A model generated the notes under the pieces. The model worked only from the letters and a program-made list of their open reading frames with translations, was not told the origin of the DNA and searched no databases. From Candidatus Woesearchaeota archaeon (lineage in GTDB: Archaea; Nanobdellota; Nanobdellia; Woesearchaeales; WJKR01): 64,000 nucleotides of DNA. This document shows, in pieces, positions 52,252 to 60,382 of this stretch. The translations under genes and the position numbers were made by a program. The stretch is taken from positions 9,894 to 73,893 of the forward strand of contig JAFGNA010000010.1 in NCBI GenBank assembly GCA_016927245.1, in the 5' to 3' direction. Position 1 is the stretch's first letter; every line of letters begins with the position of its first letter.

Positions 52252-53657
52252 CTCGTTGTGGTGAGTGGTTGCGGCATCAGTGGCCGTTGCTGGCTATTGT
52301 CGTCATGTTCATCATCTTAGAGGTTTTTTTCCTCGCGCGTAACCCGTTGTTGTTGTGGGATGAGCCGGTCTACTTGTCGAACGCGCGCGGCCATCTCGAG
52401 GATTCTCATTTCGGGGAGGATTTCCGTTTCCCGTTGCTGGAGTTCGCGATTGCGGGGGTGTGGGTGTTCACGGGGGTCTCGGTGTTGGCGGCGCAGCTGC
52501 TCATCGTCGGTTTCTCTGTCGCTGCTGTCGTGCTGTTCTGGGTGGCGGCCGGCATGGTGGTGTCTGGTCGTTGGTTCCGGGTCGGCGCCACCGCTGCTTT
52601 CGCGTTCAGCAACTTGTTGTTGTATTGGGGTTTCCGCGTCTATACTGACGTGCCCGCGGCCGCGTTGCTGCTCGGTTCGGTGGTGTTGTTCTTGCGGTAT
52701 GAGGAGCTTGGTGATTGCCGTTTGTTGCTGTTCTCCGGCGTGTTCATGGGGTTGTCGTTCCTTATGCGGTTCCCGAATGCCTTGTTGGTGTTCGCGTTCC
52801 TGCCGTTTTTGGTGGGGGGGCAGCGCTGGCGCGGGTTGTTGTCGTTTGTCGTAGGGGGGGCAGTGGTGGTGGCGCCTTGGATGGTGGCTAATTGGGCGCG
52901 GTACGGCGACCCGTTCTGGGACGTGTTCGCGCAGGCAGGTGTCATCGGCGCGTACGTCGCGCGGCAGCCGGTTGGGTTGTTCTTCGGCCATGTCGCTTTC
53001 TCGTTGGGCTTGCTCCTCTTATTCCTCGTCCCGTTCGCGTGGTCGTTGCGCCGTCGGCCTTCGAGGAATCATGTCTTCGTCGGGTTGTTGGTGTTGGCGG
53101 CGTTCGTCTTGGGCTTGGCGAACCCGTTGAAGTTGCCGCGTTACCTCGTCCTGACCGTGCCGTTGTTGTTGTTGGCTTGCGCGGTCGGCGCCGAGGCGGG
53201 TTGGAGGGCTGTGGGGGTTGGGTGGCGCCGTGTGGCAGCGGTTGTTATGGTTTCCTTGGTGGTGGTACAGGTCGCTTTTGGCTTCGTCGATGCCGTGGCG
53301 GTGTTGTCCGGGCGGCGTGCGTGTTATGCTGGCGGGGCGGCCGCTCAGGCCATCTCGTTCGCTGAGGAGAACATCCCTGAGGGGGATTTGATCATTTCTA
53401 ACTCGTGGCCTTGGTACGGGTTCTATGGCAACCATAGGGCGAGGAGTACGTGGAGCGATGATGTCTCTTTGGTGTTGGGGGAGGATGAGGAGGGGTGGTT
53501 GTTCGTGCATTCGCGTGGCGGGTTGGATCCTTCTGGGTTGGTGTTCGACGGCTCGTTGGTGTCATCGTTCAACGGGTCGTGTGACGGCACGGTGGACGCG
53601 TACTTCGTGCGGAAGTCATCGTCGGTTGATGAGGTCGGCGATGGTGAGCGGCCCTGA
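52248..53657 (+). CDS. GT39/GT83-like (PMT_2/ArnT-like) membrane glycosyltransferase
   Basis: ATGA overlap with the previous gene. First-loop LLLWDEPVYLSNA is the DE motif of PMT/ArnT-type GT-C enzymes. About 11 TM helices and a C-terminal soluble domain. Confidence 0.6.
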   Translation: MTRCGEWLRHQWPLLAIVVMFIILEVFFLARNPLLLWDEPVYLSNARGHLEDSHFGEDFRFPLLEFAIAGVWVFTGVSVLAAQLLIVGFSVAAVVLFWVAAGMVVSGRWFRVGATAAFAFSNLLLYWGFRVYTDVPAAALLLGSVVLFLRYEELGDCRLLLFSGVFMGLSFLMRFPNALLVFAFLPFLVGGQRWRGLLSFVVGGAVVVAPWMVANWARYGDPFWDVFAQAGVIGAYVARQPVGLFFGHVAFSLGLLLLFLVPFAWSLRRRPSRNHVFVGLLVLAAFVLGLANPLKLPRYLVLTVPLLLLACAVGAEAGWRAVGVGWRRVAAVVMVSLVVVQVAFGFVDAVAVLSGRRACYAGGAAAQAISFAEENIPEGDLIISNSWPWYGFYGNHRARSTWSDDVSLVLGEDEEGWLFVHSRGGLDPSGLVFDGSLVSSFNGSCDGTVDAYFVRKSSSVDEVGDGERP

Positions 53658-54104
53658 TGCTTTCTTGTTTTCGCTTAGTGGCTTGAGTTCTTGCTGTTCT
53701 ACGAGTTGGATGTGCAGCGCTTTCTCGAGCTTGCGGGCCATGTCGATTCTTGGTTTTCTTCGGCTGCTCTCCCAGGTGTGCAGTTCGCTCTCCTTGACGG
53801 CGAGCCGCTTGGCGAGGACTGCTTGCTTGAGTTGTTGCCGTTCTCGTGCTTTCTTGATGCGGTCGCCGTAGTCGTCGACGATGACTTGGACGAGTTCTCC
53901 TCTTTCAGGTTGTGCCTGCGTTCTTTGCTTTGCTTGTTGTGGTCGTTGCGGTTGGTTCTTTGGCTCTTCGGGGAGCGTTTCTTTGATGAGCCATGCTTCC
54001 TTGGCGTATGATTTGCAGTGCGTGCAGACGCGGATGGCGCTGCCTTCGAGCTTGGCGTTGTAGAAGGGGCCTTTGGATGTGCCGCAGAGGTCGCAGGTCG
54101 TCAT
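53616..54104 (-). CDS. mbf1: archaeal multiprotein-bridging factor 1 (zinc ribbon + XRE HTH)
   Basis: CDLCG…CTHC zinc ribbon, then GDRIKKARE…Q..LA..L.VKES.(L)..WE(S)… cro/C1 HTH. Confidence 0.85.
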   Translation of the reverse strand: MTTCDLCGTSKGPFYNAKLEGSAIRVCTHCKSYAKEAWLIKETLPEEPKNQPQRPQQAKQRTQAQPERGELVQVIVDDYGDRIKKARERQQLKQAVLAKRLAVKESELHTWESSRRKPRIDMARKLEKALHIQLVEQQELKPLSENKKASGPLTIADLINRR

Positions 54105-54209
54105 GCTCCCACCTTTCTTCTTGTCGGAGGGGGTGTGATGATATAAAATCGATTATTTTCCTTATTGAAAATAAAAAGTATTATGTAACCGCCGCCACTC
54201 CCCTGCCGC

Positions 54210-54806
54210 ATGCCCCTCGACTACCTGCAACAAGACACCGACGCATGGGTGCGGCTGCACAGGACAGGCTACTTCCCACCCCTCGAAATCCTTGCACGGC
54301 TCACGGAGGAGACCGGCGAGCTCGCGAATGAGTTGAGAGAAAACAAGGACTGCGCAGGCCAGGAGCTGTCCGACATCCTCTTCACCATGGCATGCATGGC
54401 CAACGCGCACGAGATGGACCTCGATGAGGAGTGGTGGCGGCTCATGCGGGAGAAGTACGCGGCGAACGGGTACAACAGGAAGATAGCGTTCCCGCGGACG
54501 CTAGAAGACATCCGCCAAGATGTCCATGGCGCCTCGAGAGGATACGCCGAGCCCTACGAGGCGCTGGCCATGATGGCCGAGGCGCAGGGAGAGCTCGGGC
54601 GAGAGGTCAACCACCTATACGGGCACAAGCGCAAGAAGGACGACGAGCAGCGCAACTCCCTAGGAAGGGCGGTGGCGAACGTCCTCTTCTCCACAGTATA
54701 CTTAGCGAACGCGATGGGCATCGACCTCCACAAGGAATGGGAGCGCATGAAAGAAGAGAAACTGTATAGGCGGGACCGGGACCGATACGCTCGGGCCGAC
54801 GACTGA
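54210..54806 (+). CDS. MazG-like nucleotide pyrophosphohydrolase (tandem MazG domains)
   Basis: EETGELANEL…ELSDILF and EAQGELGREV…VANVLF are two EExxE-type all-alpha NTP-PPase repeats. Confidence 0.7.
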   Translation: MPLDYLQQDTDAWVRLHRTGYFPPLEILARLTEETGELANELRENKDCAGQELSDILFTMACMANAHEMDLDEEWWRLMREKYAANGYNRKIAFPRTLEDIRQDVHGASRGYAEPYEALAMMAEAQGELGREVNHLYGHKRKKDDEQRNSLGRAVANVLFSTVYLANAMGIDLHKEWERMKEEKLYRRDRDRYARADD

Positions 54807-54810
54807 TGAC

Positions 54811-55983
54811 TCAGCGCTTCCGTGCGAACGAGAGGATCCACCGCGGCAGCTTGCCCGTGAACACCCGCTCCTTCTCCCGGACGGAGAACCCGTACAGCTG
54901 CGCCGCCCGCTCCAAGTCGTCGGGCCGCTGGCACAAGAAAGTGAGCGTGCCGTCCTCCGAGAGGACGAAGTCCGCCTGGTAGAAGAGGTGCTTATGAAGC
55001 TGCACCGCCTTCTGCTCCTGCACGTGCTTGCTCGCCTCGACCGGCTGCGTGACGATGCGCTTGACAGACTTCGCCTCGAGCTTGGTGTCCAGCCACTCCA
55101 CGTCGAGTTTGGAGAACTGCACGTACTTGTCCACGCCCGCTATCTTGGCGTTCTTCTTCGCCGCGGAGACGTTGCGGAGCTGGGCGTCGAACGAGCTGAC
55201 CAGCTTCGGGTCGATGATCCTCCTTTCCTGGTCGAGACGCCCGACGACCTCCATGAACACGTCCTTGCACAAAGGGTGCTGTTTGCACTGCAGGTCCTTG
55301 CCGTAATAGTGGATGGACTGGCCTGAGGCCATCAGAGACGCCTCGATGGGGATGACGCCGTCGCTCGCGTACGGGTCGAGCAACGATTCGCCCGGACGCC
55401 AGCCAGAGGCCATGACGAGGCTTGCCGCCGTCGGCCCCTTGATGCTGTGCGGGTTGTTGAACACCTTGTACGCTCTCTTCGCGGCGTCCTTGCCGACGAG
55501 GTCGAGGCTGAGCCAGGCGTGCGTGCCGTCGATGTGCAGGTGCAAGAGCACGTCCGGCTTCTTGAGATGGACGCTGAGCAACTCGCCGCGTTCCTCCTTG
55601 ACGTGGCGCTTGATGAGCCTGCCCGCTTCCTGGGACATGTCGATGCTGTTGTACTCGTGCTCCCCTTCGCGGTCGCATGCCACCAGGAAGGTCTTGCCAG
55701 GCGGGAGGATGTCATTGAAGTCGATGGTGCCGATGAGGGTCTCCAATTGTACCACGGACTCCTCGAGGTCTGGGGTGACGTCAGTGTCGCCGAGGAGGAG
55801 ACCGATGCGCACCGGTGATTGCAGGAGGTAGGCCGCCTTGACGAGGTCCTCCTTCGTGACGTCCTTGACGACGATGGTCGTCTCGGTCGTCTTGACCTCT
55901 CCGCCGAGGCCCTTGATGGCGAGCTCGCGCTCCGCGTAGGGCGCTGCTCCGCGTTCGCATGCGAGGAAGAGGTCGTGGGACAT
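54811..55983 (-). CDS. THUMP-domain RNA methyltransferase homologue (Trm14/RlmL-like) with degenerate catalytic motifs
   Basis: N-terminal THUMP-like region. LLDPYASDGVIPIEA aligns to the DPMCGSGT.(L)IEA motif I, SSFDAQLRNVSAAKKNAKIAGV aligns to GSD.D…A..NA..AG(I), and IVTQPVEAS occupies the NPPYG position. Confidence 0.7.
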   Translation of the reverse strand: MSHDLFLACERGAAPYAERELAIKGLGGEVKTTETTIVVKDVTKEDLVKAAYLLQSPVRIGLLLGDTDVTPDLEESVVQLETLIGTIDFNDILPPGKTFLVACDREGEHEYNSIDMSQEAGRLIKRHVKEERGELLSVHLKKPDVLLHLHIDGTHAWLSLDLVGKDAAKRAYKVFNNPHSIKGPTAASLVMASGWRPGESLLDPYASDGVIPIEASLMASGQSIHYYGKDLQCKQHPLCKDVFMEVVGRLDQERRIIDPKLVSSFDAQLRNVSAAKKNAKIAGVDKYVQFSKLDVEWLDTKLEAKSVKRIVTQPVEASKHVQEQKAVQLHKHLFYQADFVLSEDGTLTFLCQRPDDLERAAQLYGFSVREKERVFTGKLPRWILSFARKR

Positions 55984-56060
55984 GAGGAGAGGAAGAGGAC
56001 GGTTGTTTTTAAAGGTTCGTGCAGGAAAGCTTATATAGTTTCAGAGTGGTGAGAAAAGAC

Positions 56061-56435
56061 ATGAGTTTGCTCGTTACCAGCATCATCGTCCTCTTGCTGG
56101 CCGTCCCGCTCAGCGCGCTCCTGCTCTGGGCTGCGAGCAACATCGCCAAGCTGAAAGAGCATCGGTTCACGACCGCGCTGCTCGTCGCGGCTATCGTGGA
56201 GACCGTGATGTTCTCCATCAAGATGGTAGTGGCGTCCATCATTGGGACCTCCTTGAAGGGCATGGCATGGCTGCTCGTGTTCGCGGGCCTCGCCTCGGCG
56301 CTCGTGCACAAGTTCTACAAGGTGCGTTGGGAAGAGAGTCATAAGACAGTAGGGTTTTGGGTGGCGATGCGCATCGGGCTGGAACTCATCATTACCGTTG
56401 CTATCATAGCGCTAATCATCGCTGCCATGACGTGA
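56061..56435 (+). CDS. small polytopic membrane protein
   Basis: TATA GCTTATATAG (56029-56038) lies 23 nt upstream of the ATG at 56061 (MSLLVTSIIVLLLAV…). The track start at 56019 would include the promoter. Confidence 0.55.
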   Translation: MSLLVTSIIVLLLAVPLSALLLWAASNIAKLKEHRFTTALLVAAIVETVMFSIKMVVASIIGTSLKGMAWLLVFAGLASALVHKFYKVRWEESHKTVGFWVAMRIGLELIITVAIIALIIAAMT

Positions 56436-56458
56436 AATAGCCATGAGGGGAAGACTGC

Positions 56459-57136
56459 CTACAACGGCTTGACCGCTATCCTTGCCGCGAGCTCCTTTAT
56501 TGCTATCGCGGCCGGCCGTTTCGGATAGGCTTGCAGGTAGGCGACTTTCCGCGACAAGGCCTGCGGCACCTTGTCGTCGTGCGGGATGCTGGCGATGATG
56601 GGCACGCCGAGGAAGGTCTCTGCCTGTGCTTCCGTGATGCCCGTGCCTGCCTTGTTCAGCACGACGCCGACGAGGGTTTTCTGGCGGTCTTGTGCTTGGT
56701 TGACGAGCCGGTGCGCGTCCGCGAGCGAGTGGTGATCAGGGTTGGTGACGATGAGGACTTGTTGCGCGGCGTCGAGGACGTGGTCGTGGTGGCCAGGCGG
56801 GCCGTCGTACAGGACGTAGTCGGCGAGGCGCGAGAACTTGTTGAGGTGTTCGTGGGCGAGTCCTCGCTTGGGCGTGACGCTGCCCGGCACAATCTTGAGG
56901 CCGGAGTCATGGTAGTGTACTGCTTGCGTGGCGGCGATGCGGTCGAGGAGGACGTCGTGCACGGTGTGGAGGTAGTGCCCGGTGCCGAGCGAGGTGCCGA
57001 CGTGCGGGTTGTCGAGGTTAGCGTCGACGAGGAGGGTGTTCTCTCCTAGGTTGTGGAGTGCCGCTGCTAGGTTGATGGCTAGTGTGGTCTTCCCCGTCCC
57101 TCCTTTCCCTGACAGGATGCCGATGGTCTTGCTCAT
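56459..57136 (-). CDS. minD: MinD/ParA-family ATPase (archaeal MinD type)
   Basis: Deviant Walker A SGKGGTGKTT, followed by LVDANLD and DGPPG. Confidence 0.85.
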   Translation of the reverse strand: MSKTIGILSGKGGTGKTTLAINLAAALHNLGENTLLVDANLDNPHVGTSLGTGHYLHTVHDVLLDRIAATQAVHYHDSGLKIVPGSVTPKRGLAHEHLNKFSRLADYVLYDGPPGHHDHVLDAAQQVLIVTNPDHHSLADAHRLVNQAQDRQKTLVGVVLNKAGTGITEAQAETFLGVPIIASIPHDDKVPQALSRKVAYLQAYPKRPAAIAIKELAARIAVKPL

Positions 57137-57606
57137 TCCTTCTCTTTGGGGGCGTGCTGCTTTATAAGCTCTTCGACTTTTTGGTAGAACTCGAGCATGA
57201 AGTGGTAGTAGTTCGTGATGATGTCGATGGTGACGAGCTCTTCGCGCCCTTCGATGACGGTGCGCATGGTGACGTTGCGGCGGTACTCGTTCTCGCGTAC
57301 GGGGTTGCTCCTGAAGAGCTTCCTGAGGAGGAAGAACAGGTTGATGTTATCGATGATGAGCTCGTCTTCGTCGTAGAGCTGCTTGACGAGGCTGCCTCGC
57401 TCGATGGGCGAGTGCGGGACCTGCTCTGCCTTGCCGTCCTCGATGGCGACCTTGATGAGGCCTTCGATGAGGAATTCGTAGCCGTCGATCATGCGGCTGA
57501 TGATGTTGAGCAGGACGTCCACCGTCCTCGTGTATTTCAGGCTGACGTAGATCTGGTGGTCTACGCGTTTCAGTTCTTCTTTAGCGTCTTCCAAACATTG
57601 CATCAT
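57133..57606 (-). CDS. hypothetical helical protein (paralogous to the next ORF)
   Basis: ATGA overlap with minD. Its N-terminus …LKRVDHQIYVSLKYTRTVDVLLNII resembles …IRVADHMLTMTYPLVKDPKLLLAVL of 57581..58072. Confidence 0.55.
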   Translation of the reverse strand: MMQCLEDAKEELKRVDHQIYVSLKYTRTVDVLLNIISRMIDGYEFLIEGLIKVAIEDGKAEQVPHSPIERGSLVKQLYDEDELIIDNINLFFLLRKLFRSNPVRENEYRRNVTMRTVIEGREELVTIDIITNYYHFMLEFYQKVEELIKQHAPKEKE

Positions 57607-58072
57607 TCTTGCTCACCAGTTGCAGTAAGAGGTGGACGAGCTCCTTGGTCTTGCTAAGGTGTTGCTTGAGCAGCCGTTCGTCCAGCGCTTTCATGCGGTA
57701 GTTGTGGTCTGCCATGATGAACTTGTCCTTTCTCGGGAACTCGGTCGTGCTTTCTTTGTGCTCTTGCACGTATTCCTTCACTTCCGCGATGAACCGCACC
57801 CATTTCAGGTCGATCTTGTGGCGGGGCACGATTTTCGTCTTGAACAGGTTGAACTTGCTCTCGAACGTGTCGTGGAACGGGGGTACTCGCTTGAAGATTC
57901 GTTCGTAGTACAGGACTGCTGCCATGCTGTTCGTGATGGCCATGAACAGGTTTTCTAGGACTGCGAGGAGCAGCTTGGGGTCCTTGACTAGGGGGTAGGT
58001 CATGGTGAGCATGTGGTCTGCCACGCGGATGTTCTGCCTGGACCGGTCCCGGTACTCCATGAATTTCTCCAT
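57581..58072 (-). CDS. hypothetical helical protein
   Basis: TATA (minus CCTATTTATATC, 58097-58108) lies 25 nt upstream of the ATG. First gene of the three-gene minD operon. Confidence 0.55.
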   Translation of the reverse strand: MEKFMEYRDRSRQNIRVADHMLTMTYPLVKDPKLLLAVLENLFMAITNSMAAVLYYERIFKRVPPFHDTFESKFNLFKTKIVPRHKIDLKWVRFIAEVKEYVQEHKESTTEFPRKDKFIMADHNYRMKALDERLLKQHLSKTKELVHLLLQLVSKNDAMFGRR

Positions 58073-58186
58073 GCGAGAGGGGTATTACTCGTCGGGGATA
58101 TAAATAGGTTTGGGCACCAGAAATTATTTACTAGTCAGTGAATAATCACAGGAAGTTTTTTAAACTCAGGGTGGTTTCATGCACGC

Positions 58187-58540
58187 ATGACATACTACGG
58201 ACTCATCGAAGGGGCACGGCCAGCCCCAGACAACCCAGAAGAGGCCATCCTCGCCGACGGCAGCAGGACGTTCAGGGCCTGCGCCGTGAGGATGCACGGA
58301 ACGCCCGTCGACATCGACGCGGCGAAGCGGTACTGGACGGAAACGCGGGAAAGATACGAACGGAGAGTGAAGAACCTGTCCTCGCTCGTCGAGGACTCGC
58401 CTGACGATGAGGGGTTGCGGTCACGGCTCCACCACGCCAGCGCCATCTACAAGGGGATGACGCAGCAAGGGCTAGGAACGTGCGCGAAGGAAGAGCAAGA
58501 ACTCCTGCGAAAAGCAGGATACACACCTAGGATATTCTGA
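58187..58540 (+). CDS. hypothetical protein (117 aa)
   Basis: The T/A-rich box AAGTTTTTTAAAC lies ~20 nt upstream. No motif recognised. Confidence 0.5.
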   Translation: MTYYGLIEGARPAPDNPEEAILADGSRTFRACAVRMHGTPVDIDAAKRYWTETRERYERRVKNLSSLVEDSPDDEGLRSRLHHASAIYKGMTQQGLGTCAKEEQELLRKAGYTPRIF

Positions 58541-58541
58541 A

Positions 58542-58883
58542 TCACTCGTCGCGCAACTTCATGATGGCTTCCGCGAGGTCGCCGTTGCACAGCTCAATCG
58601 CGGCCTTGGCCTCTTCAGGGGTGACGCCGGCCTGCTCCACCACGGTCTGGACATCCTCATCAGAGATGTCAGGCGCGGTGTCCAGCGCCCGCTCGGTTGC
58701 TTCGCCGACGACCTGCCACGTGGCCTGACCCATCATGTTAACCTTGGAGACTTGCGGGTCGGCGATGACGATCTCCTTCTCAGGGGTGCGGATGATGACT
58801 TCCGTAGCAGGGACTTCTTCCTGCTGGATGCCCATGCGCTTCATGGCCTGCTTCATTATCCGAGGGTTCATGCCTGGCATCAT
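58542..58883 (-). CDS. nac: nascent polypeptide-associated complex protein (aNAC, NAC + UBA domains)
   Basis: MMPGMNPRIMKQAMKRMGI…V.I….E…..P.V…..G…(W)QV.G, with C-terminal UBA EAKAAIELCNGDLAEAIMKL. Confidence 0.9.
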   Translation of the reverse strand: MMPGMNPRIMKQAMKRMGIQQEEVPATEVIIRTPEKEIVIADPQVSKVNMMGQATWQVVGEATERALDTAPDISDEDVQTVVEQAGVTPEEAKAAIELCNGDLAEAIMKLRDE

Positions 58884-58887
58884 CGTC

Positions 58888-59046
58888 TCAGAAACCTATC
58901 CAGAGGAGGATTTCGATGAGGATGACCACGATCGCGAAGATGACGATGTGGACGGGCTGGAACTCTATCTTGCTCTTGTAATCGTCGAAGTACTGCGTGA
59001 TGCCGGCTCCTGAGCTGGGCATACGTATCTTGTCGTTCCGCGCCAT
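58888..59046 (-). CDS. secG: preprotein translocase subunit Sec61-beta (SecG, archaeal)
   Basis: MARNDKIRMPSSGAGITQYFDD…(TM)VHIVIFAIVVILIEILLWIGF. The ATG at 59046 has a TATA (CATTTTTAAATG) ~25 nt upstream. The track start at 59103 would include that promoter. Confidence 0.8.
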   Translation of the reverse strand: MARNDKIRMPSSGAGITQYFDDYKSKIEFQPVHIVIFAIVVILIEILLWIGF

Positions 59047-59132
59047 GGAGTCGTGGAAGCCAGCATCATTTAAAAATGTAGTGGGTGTAGCGACGAGGAA
59101 CATTTATATAGTGAGTGGTCTTGTGAAGAAGC

Positions 59133-59885
59133 ATGGCCGCCGCTCCTGAACTGGTCGCCTACTTACGGAAAGAGGTAGAAAAAGGCATCACGGAGGCGCA
59201 GCTCCGCCCCTTCCTCAAGAGCAAGGGGTACACTGACCAATCGCTGGACGAGGCGTTCGCGGAACTAGCGGGCAGGCCGCTGCCGGTAAGGCCTGAGAGC
59301 CCCGCAGCGATGACTCCTGACAAGCATGAGGGGCCCGCCGCCTCTGCGAGGTCCGGCAAGATGAGCAAGAAAGCGGTAGCAGCGTTCATCGTGGCGCTAC
59401 TGCCCTATCTGTCCGGCATCCTCTTCCCTCTTGCCAGTGGCACGCTCTTCCTCACGGCGTTCTGGGTGCTGCCCGCCATGGGCGTTATAGGCCTGCTCTG
59501 CCCCGTCATCGGACTCATCCTAGGCATCGGCGCGGTGAAGCGCGTCAAGCGCCTCGGCGAGCGGGGCAAGGCCTTCGCGATCATCGCGATCGTGCTCGCA
59601 GGCCTGAGCTTGCTCCTCATCATCCTAGGCGTAATCGGCGTGCTCTTGCTCGGCATGGCGTTGTTCTCTGTCGGCAACACGGTCGAAGACGCGGGCAGCG
59701 TCATGGAGGAGGCTGGGGAGCTAAGAGCGATTGGGGAGAACGCGACGTGCAGGGACGCGGGCGGGTCCTGCCTGGACCCGTCGCAGGTGCGGGAGAACGC
59801 GACGACGTGCGCTGACCTCGGCTATTCCTCGCTGGCGGCGTATGACGGCACGTGCCCTGAGGGGGGCGTGTGCTGCGAGGCGTGA
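59133..59885 (+). CDS. membrane protein with Cys-rich C-terminal ectodomain
   Basis: TATA TTTATATA (59103-59110) lies 23 nt upstream. Four TM segments, and the C-terminus CRDAGGSCLD…TCADLG…GTCPEGGVCCEA. Confidence 0.6.
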   Translation: MAAAPELVAYLRKEVEKGITEAQLRPFLKSKGYTDQSLDEAFAELAGRPLPVRPESPAAMTPDKHEGPAASARSGKMSKKAVAAFIVALLPYLSGILFPLASGTLFLTAFWVLPAMGVIGLLCPVIGLILGIGAVKRVKRLGERGKAFAIIAIVLAGLSLLLIILGVIGVLLLGMALFSVGNTVEDAGSVMEEAGELRAIGENATCRDAGGSCLDPSQVRENATTCADLGYSSLAAYDGTCPEGGVCCEA

Positions 59886-59913
59886 ACGTCGCGGCCATGC
59901 CGTTTAGGAGGTG

Positions 59914-60274
59914 GTGTCGGGCCGCGATAAGCTGCCTTCTGTCGGTCCCGAAGCACCAGCTCGTGGTGCCGATGGACCGTGACGACATTCAACTGAGCGC
60001 CGTTGCGGCTTGCACAAGGAGGGGCTCGCCGTTTCATCCATTCTCCAGGAGACGTCCGCAGGTCAGTCTCGGGTTCGTTGCCGTTCCCTTCGCGTGCTTC
60101 ATCCCATTCCTGGAGGGGTCCCGTTTCGGGGCGGTTGCCACGAATTTCTCCGTCCGGCCACGACAGCCGGCTCCTGTTGTCCAGTGGCCAGCAGCGCGTT
60201 GAAGCGTTGGTGGCCGCGTTGTGTGGGCAGACTTTCCTCAGCATGGATAGCCGTGAGTCGTCTCGCGACCCTAC
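59914..60274 (-). ncRNA. rnpB: RNase P RNA (archaeal type A-like)
   Basis: Minus strand has P1 GGGUCGCGA…UCGCGGCCC and CR-I GAGGAAAGUCUGCCC (complement of 60224-60238). It also has AGUUGAAUGUCGUC and CR-V GACAGAAGGCAGCUUAUCG, so P4 can form between AAAGUCUGCC and GGCAGCUU. TATA lies ~25 nt upstream. Confidence 0.85.
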
Positions 60275-60298
60275 ACCGAGAGAGGGAAAGACGCGCTT

Positions 60299-60310
60299 GC
60301 TTATAAAATA
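60299..60310 (-). promoter_or_regulatory. TATA box for RNase P RNA (minus TTATTTTATAAG)
   Basis: About 25-30 nt upstream of the first P1 nucleotide (60270). Confidence 0.6.
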
Positions 60311-60382
60311 AGGCTATTTTCGTGGGGAAACATGATTATCGGGGCAGAAATAAGGGGCTGACGCGAGAGAACGAGCGGCTAT

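Noticed and set aside
59822-60311. Three overlapping 100-140-aa ORFs on both strands
   Set aside because: The locus is explained by the RNase P RNA and its promoter.
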